A stretch of DNA of 64,000 nt from Protoeuglena noctilucae (lineage: Eukaryota). The notes under the pieces are model-generated. The model was not told the origin of the DNA. It saw only the letters and a program-made list of their open reading frames with translations, and searched no databases. A program made the position numbers and the translations under genes. Positions 62,745 through 64,000 of the stretch are shown piece by piece (positions within the stretch are counted from its first letter, which is position 1; every line of letters starts with the position of its first letter). Location of the stretch: the NCBI GenBank assembly GCA_958009085.1, contig OY253681.1:310001-374000 (forward strand). Direction: 5' to 3'.

Positions 62745-64000
62745 ATGGGCGACCGCGTGCCGTTCCGCCGGCCCCGCGCCGTGATTTTCGACCTGGACGG
62801 CCTTCTCGTGGACACGGAGAGCCTCTGCAGGGAGGTGGCGCAACAGATTTGCGAGGAGCATGGCCGCACGCTTACGCCCGAGGTCCATGCGCAATGCGTG
62901 GGCCTGCGGCCGGTGGAGTCGTGGCGGAGCCTCGCCGAGCGTCTCCAGATCCCGATGACGGGGGAGGTGCTGTACGAGCAGACGGAGGCGACGCTATACG
63001 ACAGGTTCACGGAGGCCAAGACGCTCCCGGGATCCGCCAGGCTCGTCCACCATCTCAAGGCCGCGGGCATCCCCCTGGGCTTGGCCACGAGCTCGTCCCG
63101 GAGAGGAGCGGAGCGGAAGCTGGCGGGCCGGGGGCTGCTGGAGGCCTTTGACGCCGTGGGTGAGGACCGCCGCTTGCCTTGCAGCGGAAACCGCATCCGC
63201 ATCAATAATGCAGTGTGGCACTCACCCACGTCCTCCCTTCGTCTCGATACGCAGTGTGCGGAGACGACGTGCCGCAGTCCAAGCCGTCCCCGGACGTGTA
63301 TCTCGCTTGCGCGGAGGCCCTCGGCGTCGATCCTCGAGACGCCCTCGCCTTTGAGGACGCGCCGAGCGGGGTGACAGCAGCCACGGCAGCGGGGATGCGC
63401 GTGGTGGTGGTGCCGAGCGTGCGGCAGAGGGGTGAGGATGGGACAGCGATGGTGCATAGGGCTGTGTTTGCATCTCCGCCATGCTTTGTCACTCAGCGTC
63501 ACTTCTTACAACACCCACGCGCACCCACGCTCGCCATGCACGTCGCACGCCATGCTACTGCGCCCCGCCCCCGCAGACTCGTACCCAGAGGCGGACGCGA
63601 CTGCGGACATCGGTGCCGTTCTCACGCTGACGTCACTGCTGGATTTCTTGCCAGAGGACTTCGGCCTCCCGCGATTCGATGACCTCGTCTGCGGGACGGT
63701 GCCGCTGCTGCCGCCCTGGGAGCTGCGGGGGACCGTTGTGAAGGGCTTCGGGAGGGGCTCTAAGGTCCTGGGCATCCCCACTGCGAACCTCGACCCCGCT
63801 GCCCTCAAGGCGAGAGCAACACGCATGCATGCTGGTCGCTGTGCACAGTGCCCAGTGCCTAACTCTGACCCATGGCTTCATGCTGCTGGGCTAGGGGCAC
63901 GCGTGACACGTGTCCCCATATTTGCCTTGCTTGGCACCTCACTCAGTGGCCTTGCTTGTCGCCTCACGCAGGGCACTGAGGTGGGCGACGCAGTGTGCGG
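62745..64000 (+). CDS. FHY: Bifunctional FMN hydrolase (HAD) / riboflavin kinase, truncated at the window end
   Basis: AVIFDLDGLLVDTE, LATSS, KPSPDVY, FEDAPSG (HAD), followed by GTVVKGFGRGSKVLGIPTANL (flavokinase). Confidence 0.92.

Overview
GC-rich, intron-containing nuclear DNA from a photosynthetic eukaryote, most likely a green alga (psbQ, ABA4-like and DUF3531 genes). It holds about 19 protein-coding genes and a 200-N assembly gap. I saw no rRNA, tRNA, CRISPR array or clear transposon. Recognisable genes, in order: GNAT-like protein, ABA4-like protein, BPTF/PTM-like DDT-PHD-bromodomain protein, ADPRM-type phosphatase, DUF3531, DHQ dehydratase/shikimate dehydrogenase, SABATH methyltransferase, a Leu/Phe/Val-dehydrogenase::MSOX/NikD-type flavin oxidase fusion, APS kinase, PsbQ, HVA22/REEP-like protein, METTL6-like methyltransferase, 2OG-Fe(II) oxygenase, ITPase, PRT6/UBR E3 ligase, an EEP-fold ORF in a low-GC island, RecQ helicase and FMN hydrolase/riboflavin kinase. 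The top candidate for a new system is the divergent pair at 23640-29968 (SABATH methyltransferase plus dehydrogenase-oxidase fusion, 240 bp apart). Its three activities fit a route lysine -> piperideine-2-carboxylate -> picolinate -> homarine; this is inference and untested. The introns are also unusual: many carry copies of their own exon junction, have G-rich 5' and C-rich 3' halves, or use GC donors. All gene models were assembled by eye, so coordinates are spans and some starts are uncertain.
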